Source: Planctomycetota bacterium (GTDB lineage Bacteria; Planctomycetota; Planctomycetia; Pirellulales; Lacipirellulaceae). From it: a stretch of 16,450 nucleotides of DNA. Location: positions 1 to 16,450 of the forward strand of contig JBCCXZ010000073.1 of NCBI GenBank assembly GCA_039190745.1. The letters run 5' to 3'. Shown here piece after piece: positions 14,948 to 16,450 of the stretch. The notes beneath the pieces were generated by a model. The model had not been told where the DNA came from and did no database searches. It was given only the letters and a program-made list of their open reading frames with translations. How positions within the stretch are numbered: the first letter of the stretch is position 1; each line of letters begins with the position of its first letter. Made by a program: the position numbers and the translations under genes.

Positions 14948-15763
14948 CTAAGCGGGCGGGTGCCAGCCGGCGTCGGCCCACAGCGTTCCGCTGACCGCCG
15001 AGTTGGAGACCATAAAGCAGATCGCGTCGGCGATCTCCTCGGGCTTGATCAGCCGGCGGAGCTGTGTGAACGGCAGCACGTGCTTGGCGATGTGGTCTTC
15101 GCCGAGCTTGCGGACCATCGGCGTGTCGGTGAACCCCGGGTGGATAATGCCGCAGCGCACGCCGTAGAAGATCGCCTCTTTCATCAGCGTGGCGGCGGCA
15201 CCTTCGAGGCCGGCCTTGCTGACGGCGTAGGATATCTGGCCCTTGTTGCCCTGCGACGAGACCGAGCCGATGAAGATCACGGCTCCCTGGACCGTCTCCT
15301 CGGGCTGCCAACGCTTCATGCCGCGCTGGAGCCGGTCTTCCGCGATGCGGACGACCATCTCGATGGCCCAGTAGATGGGTGCGATCAGGTTCACCTCGGT
15401 CACCTGCCGGAAGGTGGTGATCGAGTAGGGCTCGACGTGGCCGGTTTCCTTGTTGAGCTTCACCGCGAGGGAATCGCGGGTGATTCCGGCGGCGGGGATG
15501 CAGATGGAGACGATGCCGTGGTCGGCCCCGACCTCGTCGTAGACCTTGTTCCGGAAGGTTTCGTTGGCCGCGTCTCCGACCTTGGGGACGGCCACCTCGC
15601 GGTGGTACTTCTGGTTCATGATCTCGGCGATCTCGAAGGCGGCGTCGCTGCGGTCGACGAGGACCACCTTGTCGGCTCCGCGGTCGGCGAACTCCCTGGA
15701 GACCGCCTGACCGATGCCGCTCGCGGCTCCGGTGATCAACGCGATCTTGCCTTTGATATCCAC
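14948..15763 (-). CDS. SDR oxidoreductase, 3-oxoacyl/acetoacetyl reductase-like (FabG/PhaB-like)
   Basis: Motifs ITGAASGIG, AAGITRD, IGSVSSQGNKGQISYAVSKAG (intact S, YxxxK) and IHPGFTDTPM. GTG start with SD GGAGG. Confidence 0.88.
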   Translation of the reverse strand: MDIKGKIALITGAASGIGQAVSREFADRGADKVVLVDRSDAAFEIAEIMNQKYHREVAVPKVGDAANETFRNKVYDEVGADHGIVSICIPAAGITRDSLAVKLNKETGHVEPYSITTFRQVTEVNLIAPIYWAIEMVVRIAEDRLQRGMKRWQPEETVQGAVIFIGSVSSQGNKGQISYAVSKAGLEGAAATLMKEAIFYGVRCGIIHPGFTDTPMVRKLGEDHIAKHVLPFTQLRRLIKPEEIADAICFMVSNSAVSGTLWADAGWHPPA

Positions 15764-15885
15764 GCTTCTGCCCTCCGTTCACCCAGAGAATCGGTCTCCC
15801 AGAGTTCGGTCTCAGAGATTGGGGCGGGGGCGCGCCTGGGTGCCGGCGGGCCCCGCCTGCGTCGCGCAGCGGTCGAACGAACTTC

Positions 15886-16317
15886 TCAGCCCGCGTTGGC
15901 TGTCAGAAGCTTGGTGAACTTCGCGGCCGTGTCCTGGAAGGCCGCCACCTGCGAGTCGGTGATGTCTTTCATGCAGTCGATGGTCTTGCGGCAGAGCTGC
16001 TCCGACCGCCGGCGGTACTCCTCAGGGTTGGTCGCCTCGGTGACCTTCAGCGCCGCGTCGAGCGACTCGACCGAGGCCTTGTACTGCTGGTCGAGCACCT
16101 CGCGGTGCTTTGCGGCTAGTTCGGAGACCGTGTCGGACCAATCCTTCTGGAACTTCTGGGCGCGTTCGACCCAGGCGGGCTGCGAGGCGGGGGCGCCGGG
16201 CCACATGGTGGCCCACTGCTGGAAGGCCTCTTGCTGCAGCTTCAGGTTGGCTTCGGCCACCTTGCGGATGTTCTGGAACACGTCCTCGAACAAGCCGTTT
16301 CCTTCTGCTTTCGACAT
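15886..16317 (-). CDS. Hypothetical all-helical protein, phasin-like (~143 aa)
   Basis: Lies within ORF 15886..16359. ATG 16317 has GGAGG 8 nt upstream. Amphipathic Q/E/K/A-rich helices (LKLQQEAFQQW; LDAALKVTEATNPEE) resemble granule-associated proteins. The function is inference. Confidence 0.6.
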   Translation of the reverse strand: MSKAEGNGLFEDVFQNIRKVAEANLKLQQEAFQQWATMWPGAPASQPAWVERAQKFQKDWSDTVSELAAKHREVLDQQYKASVESLDAALKVTEATNPEEYRRRSEQLCRKTIDCMKDITDSQVAAFQDTAAKFTKLLTANAG

Positions 16318-16450
16318 CGTTCTGTCCTCCGGTGGAAGGGTCCCTGACGAGACGGACACTGGGTCGACTCACCCCGCAGCAGGATGTGGATTCATAGGTG
16401 CGGTTACCTAATCTTCGCCCCGTACCTGTCCGAGGTCAAGGCAAAGTTGA

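Noticed and set aside
14933..16411. 492-aa plus-strand ORF
   Set aside because: Antisense to two minus-strand genes with good SDs, one with clear SDR motifs.

Overview
High-GC bacterial window, probably Planctomycetota (inferred from the TPR-protein motif and gene styles, not proven). Left to right it holds: a 5'-truncated Cys-rich/PilZ-like gene, a small membrane protein, and a minus-strand run of SulP-STAS transporter, atypical SDR and DUF429 protein. A divergent DNA-repair run follows: FeS-type (6-4) photolyase/cryptochrome, full-length Lhr helicase and a Fpg/Nei glycosylase whose catalytic Pro2 reads Thr. A low-GC TPR gene and a DUF2200 gene sit between lhr and nei. Next come a pteridine-reductase-like SDR broken by one in-frame TAA, and a minus-strand pair of phasin-like protein and FabG/PhaB-like SDR. 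Five intergenic spaces carry GTAG-type REP-like palindromes of two families (four inverted doublets, one single copy), with no RAYT transposase in the window. No rRNA, tRNA, CRISPR array or transposase was recognised. All family calls come from motif recognition by eye; no searches were run.
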